Origin: Basidiobolus meristosporus CBS 931.73
Lineage: Eukaryota > Fungi > Basidiobolomycota
NCBI GenBank assembly: GCA_002104905.1
Contig: MCFE01000014.1
Span: 62,001 to 126,000, forward strand
Direction: 5' to 3'
DNA length: 64,000 nt
Of this stretch, positions 46,342 through 59,476 are shown one piece after another; position 1 is the first letter of the stretch, and every line of letters starts with the position of its first letter. Below the pieces are notes generated by a model, which saw nothing but the letters and a program-made list of their open reading frames with translations, ran no database searches and was not told the origin of the DNA. The translations under genes and the position numbers were made by a program.

Positions 46342-49300
46342 TACTGCAATTTAAGAAGTGATTTGGATATAAGGATCTTATCAAGAAATAGTGATAAAAG
46401 TTGAACTGTTGTTTATCAACAAAGAAGCTCAGTATTTATACCTTTGTAGAAGTAATACAGCTGTAACACCAAGTAAGGAGGGTTTCTGAATATTCAGGAG
46501 CATTCTGTAACAGCTTCAGGGTTAGTACATAATGTTTAGTAATAGTGCTAATTTAATCCTGACTATAAGGGATTAATCATAAGATCATAGATCTGAAGAA
46601 AATGGCAAAGTTAGAGCTCTAGATTAGTCCCACAGTGACCAATACTAGTCCAGAATTGCTGAGTAAATGCTTAGCTGCAGAATGATGCCAAATAGTCCAA
46701 TATTTCAACACTCCCCCTCAACTAAATAATTTCTTAATCCTAATTCCCCCCAAAGATTCTCAAATTGTGGCCTAGTTAGTGGTTTTGTTAATATATCTGC
46801 CACCATTTTGTTAGTTGGGCAGTACACTAACTCTACTAAGTTATTTTCCACAGCTTCCCTCACAAAGTGATGCTGTATATTGATGTATTTAGTTCTGGCA
46901 TAATTAGTAGGATTTCTAGCTAATGCAATACAACTTTGATTATCCTTCTAAACACATGTTGGTTTATCTCAATTAAAACCTCAGTCTTTGAATAATTTTG
47001 TAGCCATATAACCTCCTTATTTGCTTGATATGCAGCCATATATTCTGCTTCAGTTGTAGGTAGGGCCACAGTCAATTGTTTCTTGCAATTTGAAGTAATA
47101 GTGGCACCAGCATAAAGAAGTACATAGCCTGTGGTAGAGCATCTGTCAATCAGATCCCTACCCTAATCTAAATCACTATAACCATCAAGATCTTGCCTAT
47201 TAGCTGCTCCAGAGTATTCCAGTACCATATTCATTGTACCTTGTAGATATCTGAAAATCCGCTTAACTGCAGCAATTTAATTTTATCCATAATTCTGCAT
47301 GAATTGACTGACTATTCCAACTGTCACTGCAATATCTAGACGTGTAGACACCATGAAGTGCATTAGGCTACCAAGCATTGACTGATAGGGAAAGTTTTGG
47401 TCCATATTTGAGCCATTTTCATCTATAACTGGTTGAGATTTACTTAATTTCAGGTTATTGTTAATAGGGGTAACTGCAGGTTTGCAATTTTCCATTTTGA
47501 AGTGTCTAAGAATGTCCTGATGTATTTAGACCAATGTGGTGGTGTATAAGTCCAAAGGGCAAAATACAGCCAACACTTCTCAAGTGTGAATGTGTGTGGG
47601 GTGTTCACTGGGTGCAATAACCTCTGGCAAAAGCTTGCTAGGAATACTGGGTCTTTTGTCTAATCTAATGTGATGGGGGATAAAGCCTCAAGCTTGTCAA
47701 GGGAAAACTATTGAACTACAATCCCCAACTTAGTTGGTGTCTTAACAAAAGTATGTGCTGGGTTCAGCGTCCTTTGAGATGACAATGTACTAAAGCTTCC
47801 AAAGTCAAAACAACTGTAAACTCCACCAACAGGGACTTGATAAGAATGCAGCTTTGACCAATAGTTACACAGACTGAAAAGTATCTTTGCCTCTACAAGA
47901 ACAAACTTGGGAAAACAAACAATATAATAAAATATACCTACTCTGAGTATTCCTCACAAGTAGTGCCTCCAAGGTTAGTTGGCTGTCAGCATGGTTTCCT
48001 GGGAGTATTGTCAGGTCTGAGTCAGAAAATAGTGGTAATAGGCAGCGGTGATCTCACTAATCAATTAGTTGGAATATTGGAAGAGGGATGATTTATTTTA
48101 AAGGGTAGCCTCCCTTATATACTTTTTTTTGCTGCTCAATTTCTTGCTAGTAAATACTTTCCGGAAGTTTCCAGAAGGTAGTAGACAGCCAATCATGTCA
48201 TTGTGTACTAAAAATAGCGCAAATTCTTGGCGGATTGTTCTATGAGACATAGTAGCACCTAGCCAATCAGGTAGTGGTAATATGAAACCCCTGTGTCATG
48301 TGGTTGCCTCTTATGGTAGTAGGATAGATGGGTTATGGAACCAAGATGGTCACATGACATGGGCACTATTGGGAGTACCTGCCTTATATGGTAACTATCT
48401 TATCTTGGCATCTCAGCAAGGAATAGGAATAGCTTGTGCAATGGGTTAATAGTGACAAATAGTTTGTCAGGTTGCATAGTAATAATCACATCTGCCTGTG
48501 GGTGTCACTATGACCCCACTACACCGATTCAGAAACAACTTTCTGCGTAGGTATGTCAAGTTTGACTTCAACTCCAAGAATATAGCTCCATTTTCCAAAA
48601 TCTTTCATCTAAAGCTTGCTGAAGAGATCTGATTTTGTCTGTTTAAGTGCCTCTTGGTCACTTGTAGCTATAATTAGGTTGTCCACATAAAGAACTAGAA
48701 TGATCACACCCTTTTTGAGCTGTTTCACATATATACTGTGATCTGCTGTGCTACAAGAGAACCCAATTTCCTCTAGATATGTTTCAACCTTGTTATACTA
48801 TGATCTAGGTGCCTGCTTAAGCCCATAGAGCAATTTTCTAAGTTTACACACCTAATGGGGTCTTTTGGATTGGTAAAACCTTCTGTTTGCTCCATATATA
48901 TAGTTTCTTGCAAATCCCCATTTAGAAAGGCTGTTTTGACGTCCATTTAGTGTAGACCTAGACTGTGTACAGCTGCCAGGGCTAGAGCTGTCCTAATGGA
49001 GTTAAACTTGGCAACTGGAGCAAATGTTTCCTTAAAGTCTAGTCTCTGGATCTGAGAATAACCTTTAGCCACCAATCAAGCCTTATACTTATCAATGGCA
49101 CCATTTGAAGTTATCTTGATCTTGTAGACCCATTTACATCCTATTGGCTTTCTTCCACTTGGTAAATCTACCAGTTCCCATGTTTTTGCCTTGATCAGTA
49201 ATTGGCATTCCTCCTGCATGGCATGTTGCCACCTAGTAGAATCTGGACATTGTATTGCCTTTTCCAGATCCTGAGGTTTGACACATAAGGCAAGATAAGC

Positions 49301-51171
49301 TTCTTCATGATCATTGGATGTCTGCCACCAGGATCCAGGGGCATTGCTTATTCTGGTAGATATCCTAACTGGGATAATCTGCTCTGATCTGGAACTGGTA
49401 GAATTATCATCCGTATCTGGCTGTATTATGTAGGTATCTTCTTCATTAGTGTTGATTGTATCATCAGCTAGCTGCCCAATGATTTCAGTGGCTTTGTGAT
49501 CTGAATTAACCTCAAATACAACATCCCTGCTCTTGATCAGCTTCTGAATTTTGCCATCATACACTCAATACCCTTTAGTATCCTCACAATACCCAAAAAA
49601 GATCTCTTTCCTACTTTTTGATTCCAACTTTGAGCGTTTTTTGTCAGGTATGTGATAAAAAACATCACTGCCAAGCATCTTGAGGTGCTTGAGATCTGGT
49701 TTTTTGCCTGTATATGCCTCAAAGGGTGTAAAATCACATAGTGCTATTGTTGGGCATCTATTCTTGATGTAAACTGTGGTAGCAACAGATTCAGCCCAAA
49801 GCTTGTAGTCCATTCCCATATCATGTAGCATAGATCTTCCCATCACTACTATTGTTCAATTGACACGTTCTGCTGCTGCATTTTGCTGTGGAGTATGAGG
49901 AACTGTGATCTGTTGAAGTATACCAGTAGATGATCAGTATCTTGCAAACTCCTTTGAGCAGTATTCTTCTCCATTGTCACTTTGTAGTACCTTCAATTTA
50001 TACCCAGTTTGTGTTTCTGCCATGTTCTTGAAGTACTTAAATGTCTCTTAAGCTTCATCCTTTGTTTTGAGGAAGTACACCCATATATATCTTGTTTTGT
50101 CATCAATAAACGTAATAAAGAATCTCTTGAATCCAAAGGACAGTGTTTTCATGGGGCCACATATGTCTGAGTGTACAATAGCCAATATTCTGGTGGTATT
50201 GATGCCTTCTGAGCTCTTGAAATGCTGCCTAGCTTGTTCACCATATAAAAACCCCTTACAAACATTCAATTTGATTGGAATTGAGAATTTTAGGCCCAAA
50301 ACAAGCTGATTTTTCACCAAATGTCCCATTTTCTGTTCCCCAATATGTACTAGCCTCCTATGTCACGTCTCCCAGCTGGTATCATCAGTTTCAGTGATGT
50401 TAACATACTTGAGTACAATGATCTTGTATTGTAACTTGCATATATTGCTTGATGCCAACTTTGCTCTAAAGATCTTCTCTAAGGATTTCCATCCTGCTTT
50501 GGCAGTATTTGAGGCATGGATTTATCCAATGAAGGAATCTTGCACATTGATACATATAGCATTAAAGGCCTTTCTCTCCTTCTCCTGAAACTTCTCCACT
50601 TCTTCTGCTGTTCCTTTTGGCTCAACTTCTTTTCTTGTTACTGTATTCCAAAGCTTCCTTTCCTGAAGGTGGATCTACATCTTGATTCTTCAAAATCTGT
50701 AGTTCTTCCTATCAAACCTCTCCTTGTAGGAAAGATATTTGTGTTGTTCTCTTTGCTGGTAAAAGTCATCTTTGAATAGATTAGGCAATGGGGGCTCGTA
50801 ACCTGTTGCAATTTAAGAAGTGATTTGGATATAAGGAACTTATCAAGAAATATTGGTAATAGCTGAACTGTTGTTTAATAATTAAGAAGCTCAGTATTTA
50901 TACCTTTGTAGAAGTAATGCAGCTATAACATTAAGTAAGGAGGATTTCTTAATATTCAGGAGCATTCTGTAACAGTTTCATGGCTAGTACATATTGCTTA
51001 GTAATTATGCTACTTTGATCCTGACTATAAGGGAATAATCATCAGATTGTAGATCTGAAGAAAGTAGCAAAGTTAGAGCTGTATATTAGTCCCACAGTGA
51101 CCCAGACTAGCCAGAATTGTTAAGTAAATGTTTAGCTGCAGAATGATACCAAATAGTCCAATATTTCAACA
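46342..51171 (-). mobile_element. Ty1/copia family D element with both LTRs (46342-46710, 50804-51171), degenerate
   Basis: 5-bp TSD CACCC (46337-46341 / 51172-51176); PBS GGTTACGAGCCC; integrase HSDICGP..FIDDKTRY; RT WVYKIK..KYKARL; RNase H; PPT TTGAGGGGGAG. Confidence 0.9.
47535..48523 (-). mobile_element. Solo LTR (989 bp) related to the Ylt1-like gypsy, inserted in copia RT
   Basis: TG..CA termini; 4-bp TSD CCAA/CCGA (CpG decay); the part downstream of the TATA matches 17665-18257. Confidence 0.88.
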
Positions 51172-52065
51172 CACCCTACACAAGAGCACCCCCCATTGAG
51201 CTGATGCACATCAGATCACCAAATGTGCTTCAGTGCAAAACAACCAGAACTTGTCAAACTGTTCACTTAGACACAAGTCAACAGGAGCAGGCCAATCACA
51301 TCAACATGTTACATCACATCAGACTCAGCCAAGCTCCAGCATTGCACTCAACAACTAGGAGGCAAAATACTGACTACAAGTACACCAGTAGACTAAATGA
51401 TGCCCAACAAGAAAGTAGTCAAGGTGTGCAAAGTGAATGACTTTCATATGCTTCAGTAGCAATTGCAGTAAGAAAGAAACCTAGGAGAAGATGATGCATT
51501 TGCATTGAATTGCTTCCTTTTGTCTTGATCCAAACTACACATTTTTTTGCAATCCAAGTCAGGCTATTTTAAGTCAGTTATCACTAAATTTTTGAAATAA
51601 GTATAAATAAGGTTGTCTCACATTTGGGACAGAGCCCCTATATATAAACACCCTGCATATATATAAATCATCTTTATTGCTAGTGCAGCTAATTGATCTG
51701 ATTTGCAACTACACAGTTAGTTGTGTGCTTGCTTTGACACCTTGTCCAATCACTACAATCCGGGATCTGCTTACTTGATAGGTAAGATGGGATATTTTAC
51801 AGTCAATCAGGTAGCTGGTGTGTTGGTCAATTGACTAATTTGGGGCTAACAGCTTCAGGATACTTTTAGACTAATCAACCATTGACATACCATCTAATTG
51901 GAGTGATGGTAAACAAAACAATAAGTATTAGTTTAGTTTACAGTGTGATACGCACTTATATCTGCTTACAATAAAGAAACATATCCAGACACTGGATCTT
52001 ACCTGCCACAATAGTGGTATCCTATTGCGCACATGATGCAAACATCACAAGTTGGTGCAATAATC

Positions 52066-55000
52066 TCCCAGTTCATGAGTGCAATGTTACAGCTTGGCTG
52101 CGCTGAAATGCCCCAGATATTGGTACTGAACCTGCCTGAGGTGCCATGTGCTGATTTGTTCTTTTACTTGCCAAAGGCTCTGGTGGTGGAGGCACTTTAT
52201 GTGGGTCATCATCAGTGTGTCTACCAGTAATAACTTTCTGATGGTCAGGTGTAACAACATGCACAGGCGCAACTTGATGCTTTAGCATAGCTCTTGGTAG
52301 AGTTTGATGCAATATTACATGTTGATGCAACTTGGCCTGTTACAATGGACTTATGTCTAAATGAGCAGCTTGGTGACTTCTGGTAGTTTTGCTCTGAAGC
52401 ATGTGCATTGATCTAACATATATTGACTTGACTCAGGGTGCTCTTGTGAAAGGTGTTGGTGTTAATTGGACTGATGTGCATCCATCCACCAGCTTTACAA
52501 GGGATGGTAAGGAGTCCAAAAAGGTGTGCTGGCATGATCATGTTTCAGTTGCTAGCAGTCTATATTCTTCCTCTTGAAGCCCATCTTCTGATTCCTCAGA
52601 GTATGGGCTTACTCTCTGTCTGGCACCTTGAAACTGTTGCTTTGATGAATCCTGTGTATATTGCTCTTGGAAGCCTATTAGCTCTACTTATGGATTCTGT
52701 AGTACATTAGTCATTTGAGGCAAAAGCCCATTCATAATCTCTTTGGTTCCCAAAGTTGAGGCACAAATGGATGTTTCCAGCCTGTACTGTACAAATTGTG
52801 TGCAGGGTTGTGCACACACAGCTTCCTCACTCAATTGCAATTTCAATACCTGTCTTGTAATATATGTTCTTACATACATCTGCTGGCAGCTTGATGTAGA
52901 ACTCATGCCACAGCTCTCTACTCAGATTCTGTTGTGTTGTATTATGATTAGTTTGGGGCTTGTTCTACAATGTGGAGGCTAATCAACAATATACAACAAC
53001 TTCCAGTATGCTAATACTGAAATAGTTTATTGGGAGTTTGATATACCGATAGAAGATATAACTTTCACTAATTTCCTCAATCTTGGGCTCAAAATATACT
53101 GTAGGCAGTGTTTATCACTTCTACAGCAGTGTTCTGACCTTCTGTCAACTAATGGGCTTATTTACTTTTATAGTAACTTTTCCTTATTTGGAAGTCACTT
53201 TCCTTTCTGAGAAAATATTTCCTAATATGGAAATTCTGAACTCCCCTTTAACCTAAAGGGGTGTGTTGTAGAAGTCTCTAAAGGGGTCTTTAGACCTAAA
53301 GGGGTGTCTAAAGGGGTGTCTTTAGAGTAAAGGGGCTTCTTGTAGTGGTCTCTAAAGTGGACTTTACACTAAAGGGGTGCCTAAAGGGGCTTCTTTAGAG
53401 TAAAGGGGCTTCTTAAAGGGGTCTCTAAAGGGGTCTTTAGACTAAAGGGGTGTCTAAAGGGGTGTCTTTAGAGTAAAGGGGTTTCTTAGAGGGGACTTTT
53501 CCAACAGAAAAGTGGTAGTTTCTTGTAGAACTTAGATTGGATTCTTGTGAGCTTTGCAGTCTCATTACTGATGTAGTACTGATCAAAGTCAGAATACTCA
53601 ACAGTGCAAGTGATGCAGGGGAAGTCTTATAACCTTTAAACTTGTAATAGTAGTGTGGAGATTCTGGAAAGAGAGGCTCTCCCTTTATTTTTCAGCTGGG
53701 GAAGTCATATATATGAAAATTTTGAAGGATCAAAGTTTTTGGGCAATTGCGCAAGCAATACACGTGATACGAGGCTAAAATTTTGCAGTGGCGCAGATCG
53801 GACATAGGCGCAGCACCTGTGAGAATTTCACGTGATTTGATTGGCTGGTTCAAAAGATACACGCGATCAAAGTCACCATAGTAATCCTAGCAATAAGGCA
53901 TAGTATATATATTAGTTGGACTCTTTTGGTCATAACTCCTTAAGTACTGCTTCAAATGAGCTGTAATTTGAAACATGTGTTGGCTACTACGTGTTCTGTA
54001 TGACATAATATTCTTGGGTGGATTGCTTGTCAGGGTCTGGAGCATTTGCTCCTCAAAGTTGGAAATTCTTGATCTTTCTCTTGTGTGTTACAATAGCAAA
54101 AAGCAAAATAAAGAAATGAGTGCAATATTGGTTTAGAGATATTGTAGTAATGGAATACTTTCCATTACCACAATTCTTCCATCTCTGTTGACTCTCTGAG
54201 GTATCCAATTCTGCTAGATTAGTGAAAGTGCTCAAATATCTGTATGAAGGCTCACCATATATACTTAGGCCATACTATAATCATTTGGTAAGTTCTCAAA
54301 TGAAATGAACATCAACTTTTCCAGTCAAGACTGTGTTTGTGCGCCAGGGTATGGGTTTTGTCTGGATTATTCTAAAGATGAGTTGAGACTTGGCACAGGG
54401 ACCATAGTAGTAGTTTGTACACTTAGACAGTAGAATGTTGGAATCAACCTGGTCATACATGGAATATATTTGAAAACTAATGTGATTGTAGAATTTTCCA
54501 TATATTACTCATGATGCATCTTGGATTGCATTGATAAGAATAAGATTGCATCAATTGCAGATTTCCCATTTGATCATAGACTTGTGGGTATATCATCAAT
54601 AAAATTGGTGTCACCACTTGAAGATGACTTTTTCAACACAATGATGGGATACATGGCAATTGATGGAGATTTAACTATAATGCATGGAAATCATAAAAAT
54701 TAAGCCAATTTTGCCAAATCAATCCATATCACATCCACTTATTCTTGTACCAATTTAATATGACTTACTCCTGTGACTGGTTATTTCTAATCCATTATAT
54801 CACTACTGTGGGATTCTCTTTTACACATTAGAGGAGATCTGTACCATATACTGTTAAGCATCTACCTCAATCTACCCAAGGAGAGCCCCTGTTAAGCTTC
54901 TCTGCTATTATTAGAACTATTACCCTACAAGGTTTCATGCCACCATGCATGGCAACATAAGTCCCAAAATCTTTCAGTCCCAGTTGACAGTAATTGGAGA

Positions 55001-55824
55001 ACCACCTTGCAGAGGGTATGAATGACTTAGAGTTAGCTGGGAATACTGGGTTCACAAGCTCCAATAGACTTCCATATCCCAGAGTGTTTAGCAACAGGAT
55101 CCATATCAAGGGTATTTTGGATACCTTCTAATTCAGGATTAAAGACCTTCTAGAGGGCAGAGACACTTTTATTCTGGCAAGTACAAGGTACATTGTATGA
55201 AGTTTCAAGCACAGTCTGACATTGAGGGTAACATCATCAGGTTTAGTGGGCCATTTGCTGGATGTAGGCATGGCAAAACACTCTGGGTAGAGAATCATCT
55301 AAAACTCAGTAATGGGGAGAAATGTATGTCAGACTTAGCATATATAGATGAGGGTTGTCAGAGATTAGGGTGTACTACAGCTTATAGGAAGACAAGGAAA
55401 GGTGTAATTAGCAGGAAGCAGAGGCTCTACAGTGGGATATTTAATCATTTTAGTTTGAGAGTAGAGCATATATTTGCATATCTAAAGAAATTCAGCATAT
55501 TTGCAGGTAAATACATAGGAAAGTGATATATACAAGAAAACAGCCAAATAGGTAAATAGCAAAGATACTATCAATGCACAGTATATTCATACAAGAAGAC
55601 ATCCATTGTGAGAAATGTGTCTGAAGCATCATGAAGAGTAAGCATGGCACAAAACATACTGTTCTGAGCAATGTAAGTAAGATCAAATAGAATTACCAGT
55701 AACTGTATTCTATGACTGGCATTGTGGTAGAGGTTAACATTCCAGATGGTACTGTAGAGTGCCAGATTGATCTGACACCATAAATAGGCTAGCAATATGA
55801 GGCACTATCCAACAGAACAAGTCT
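52066..55824 (+). mobile_element. Third copy of the PHIS DNA transposon (left end missing, right TIR at 55810-55824), transposase pseudogenised
   Basis: Colinear with 37340-39860; transposase remnant MKFQAQSDIEGNII..RVEHIFAYLKKFSIF; ends CAACAGAACAAGTCT. Confidence 0.85.
52930..54172 (-). mobile_element. Solo LTR, 1243 bp, second copy of the 19812-21115 family
   Basis: Reverse complement of 19812-21115; perfect 4-bp TSD ATTC (52926-52929 / 54173-54176); the empty site is visible at ~38195-38215. Confidence 0.9.
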
Positions 55825-55899
55825 TTTAAGTAAAAACCATATAATCCACTTGCTCTGCCAACCACTTCCAGTATTGCAAAGACTCTTACAACCTGAGCA

Positions 55900-58242
55900 A
55901 TGATATAAAGCTGCTGGATTCCTGCCAAAATTATGGAAAAAATATTTGGGCCACTTGGTCTGTATCCATACCATGCTTGAAATGGAGTAGAATCACAAAG
56001 TATTCTGTTTTAACTCCTATTTTTAAGGTATACAGCAGTGGCAACTGATTCTGCCCAAAAATCATAGGATAATTTTTGATCATGGATCATAGATCTTGCC
56101 ATAGCAACTATTGATCTGTTAGCATGTTCTGCTACTCCATTTTGCTGTGGGGAGTATTGTACAGTAGTCTCTTGCTTTATCCCATAAATCCTGAAGAAGT
56201 GGATGAAGAGTTTTGAGGTATATTATCCACCATTGTAATAGCGTAATTTCTTGGTTTTTACACCAGTTTCTCTCTCCACCATGGCTTTAAACTCCCTGAG
56301 CTTAGACAGAGCTTCTTCCTTTCTCTCCATGAAGTAGACCCATGTGTATCTTGTATAATCATCAATAAAAGTGATCAAATACTTCATCCCGCCTAAGGAT
56401 AAATTTTGCATAGGTCCACACAGATCTGAGTGAATTAGAACTAATTTTTGCTTGGTTTTCATCTACCCAGTGCTCTTGTTTGCTGTCTGGCTTGTTTCCC
56501 ATATATGCCAGCTTTACAGTGCTCCAAATTAGCTGGGGGATCCAATTTTACTCTGGGAATTAGTTGATCTTTGATCATTTTACGCAAATAATCAAAATTG
56601 ATGTGTCCAAATCTCCTGTGCCAAAGCATTGGTGTTTCTTCATTTAAGTTACTTATATTGGCTTCCAAATATGATGAAATATAAGTCACCTTGCATAGGT
56701 TCTGATATCTGATACCCAAAGCAATATGGGCACCATTTTGATCAGTGATCTTGCATCCAGAATTATCAAAGCTGAAACTGAGTCCTTCTGCATTGGCTTT
56801 GCTTACAGATAGAAGGTTCTTGCCTATTTCTGGTGCATAGAGTGCTTCTTTAAAGGTCAGTGTATGGCTTCCTACAATGCTTCTTAGATTTACTTGGAAA
56901 GTTCCTTCTCCCACTTCATCAAGTGTGCTATTGTCACCCATGAAAACCTTCTTAATTGGAATTTCTTGATATTGGGCAAAAAGTTCTTTTTGGTGTGTAA
57001 AGTGTTGAGATGCTCCCAAGTCAATATACCACATCTGAGAATCCTTGTTTGTTGTCATATTTAGTGCAGATATGAATAGTCTATCTACAGCTGTTACAGC
57101 ATTTCCATATTCAGGCTTCTTTTGCTGATTATCTTTCTTTTTTAAGTCACCGGTCTGAAGTGTGTCCTTTCCTTTTGCAGTAGTTACAAAACAGGTTGCT
57201 GTTGTCTTTGTAGGGTCTTGGGTACCTCCTTTGTTGGTTATCATTGCTTATTAAAGCATATTCTTCTTCCTTCTTATTGGCCCTTGATTTTCTTAATTCT
57301 TCATCCAGGAGCCTTCCATATACATAATTTAAGGTCAAATCTTCTGTTCTGGACTCTAGGGCTGATACAAGGCCCTGAAACTAGTCTGTCAGCCTATTCA
57401 GGATGGTAACTATCACATCCTCATCAGTAGTTGGTATGCCCACATATTCCATCTCATCTGCCAGCAGGGTATTTCTGTTAATTAGATTTTTCATTTCTTC
57501 TCCTGGCAGCATCATGGTAGTAAAGAATTTTGGTCTTAGATACATTTTCTTAGCCGCTGAACATGACTGGTAGGTGTCTTCTAATGCCTCCCAGGCATTC
57601 TTTGACGTTTTTGCTCTTGAGCATTGAATTAGCAATTTGTCTTTAACATTAAGGCAAATGCAGTTAAAGGCACTTTGTCCTTTCTTCTGGTACTTTAAGG
57701 CTTCCTCTCCCACATTTTTAAGAGGGCATTCTTCTCCCATGGCAATATCCCAAAGGCCTCTTTCTTGTAGCAGCATCTTTATCTTCACCTTCCACACTTA
57801 GTAGTTAGATCCATCCAACTTTTCAGCAGAGGGAAAAATATCAGTAATAGCAGTAGTAGACATTGCAGAGAGTAACAGCTTGGGGTTCATAACCTGTTGT
57901 AAGAGTCTTGGAGATATTGGAAGTGATTGGAGAACAAGTAAATTATGTGGTTTTCACTTAATGATTTATTGAAGGTAAAAGCAGTATTTATACTTTTACA
58001 TGATCTTGGCATTAGAAACACAGAGAATTGGTTAAGGAAGGTTCCAAGAGCATGTGTGAAAAGCTTGTTGCTGTTTGGACAACTTTGCGAATTTTCATGT
58101 TCTGAGTACCTGGTATTTTGGTGAGAATATTCAAAGTAAATCCCAACAAGGAATTTGGTCAGTATTCTCTAGGATATGAAGGTAATGATCTAAGTGACTA
58201 AGTTAGGTGAATATTTAGGTGGAAATACAAATTTTTACAACA
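55900..58242 (-). mobile_element. 3'-truncated copia family C (5' LTR 57895-58242, gag, PR, part of integrase)
   Basis: WYIDLGASQH, WHRRFGHIN, HSDLCGP, FIDDYTRY; PBS variant GGTTATGAACCC. Confidence 0.88.
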
Positions 58243-58899
58243 GTTTGAACAGTGCTGTAGTAATAATTATGTGACATTGTTGCAGTCTTGATGCGCTCTA
58301 TAACTATTCTAGATGGATCTAACTAGCTAGTACAACCAGTTGCCTTATATTGCAAAAAACCTGACAGTGTTTTGATGGCCACATTGCAAGTCTTTATTGG
58401 CATTATTACAGCAATATTGAGTCCTACAGCTAGTTCTGTACAATGCTACTGTACCAATTTACCAAATGTTATTTTCTTTCTCTATCTCCCCTTGTGCAAC
58501 TCATATATTCTACTCTAGTATTACCCCTCATTATTTGCTTACCCACTACTACTTTAGGTATTCCACATATAGTTTGAATCAAAAAAATGCTATGGCCTCC
58601 TGCTTACTAACCTCTACAAAGTGCACACCTGCTTCAATTGACATACTTCTATCACCTCAGCCTTACAGAATTTTAGTGTGATACTTGTAAAGTTGTCATA
58701 TACCTTGTACTGCTGATAATAAATACATCTGACAAACATATGCTTGGTTGCTACCACTTTTGCTATGAAAACCTCATAATATCTGCAAAAAGCTTTTGGT
58801 ATTTAGTCAATATATTCCTTCACCCTCCTAGATTCTTGTCCCCCTTACAGGTGCACTCTGGCTCATGTTTGTGAGAATTTCATGTTAAATGATGAAGAA

Positions 58900-59476
58900 G
58901 TTGGCTTGTGACCAAGAGAAACCCAGTATACTTTGGTAGAGCTTTCCTAGTAAAAATTAGTTTCTTTTTGCTCCCAACCCAACTTTGCATTACTTAACTG
59001 ATTATCCACATATTGGGGCTGCTTAGCTTCTTAATTCCATAGGTATAGGTGTCTCCATGTGCCCATCTGTCCTCAGTATTTACCAACTCTTCCTGGCTGT
59101 CCTCCATTTATCAGCTCATCACATCCACCACAGACTTGAAGGTAATATTCTTGATGAAATTGGGATATAGTAGTAGCTGCAGCTTGACTTGTCTCCCTAT
59201 CTCTCCACACATCCACTCCATAGGAAACTCCCAAAAGGTGAAGCAAGGCTCAATATTCTCCACATACCAAGCAAGGTGGAGTAGAGAATGAATACAGTAG
59301 TAGCAGAGATCTACGCATTCAGCTTTATGTTTGTAGTATAGCCACCCTAATCCTGTCATAAACTCCTCACATAACAGCTGTAGATGCGTCAAGTTGGCAT
59401 TGGTGATCTGCTTCTGGATAAATATTCCTTCAATGTCCACATATGACTCCCAACACTGCCTATGTACTCTTGGTAG
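58900..59476 (-). pseudogene. CACTA/En-Spm-like transposase fragment
   Basis: LYYK..CIHSLLHLAWYVENIEP..WEFPMEWMCGEIGRQVK resembles the C-terminal H.L.H...GP...W.FPMER.G motif of fungal CMC/En-Spm transposases. Confidence 0.6.

Larger units (their letters stand above)
45305..52065 (-). mobile_element. Second, inverted and truncated copy of the PHIS DNA transposon (45305-46341 + 51172-~52065), split by a copia
   Basis: Reverse-complement similarity to ~36630-38750. Confidence 0.75.

Noticed and set aside
19812-54172. 1.2-kb inverted repeats 33 kb apart suggesting a giant TIR element (Polinton/Starship-like)
   Set aside because: Each repeat has its own TG..CA ends and 4-bp TSD and interrupts a different host element: two independent solo LTRs.
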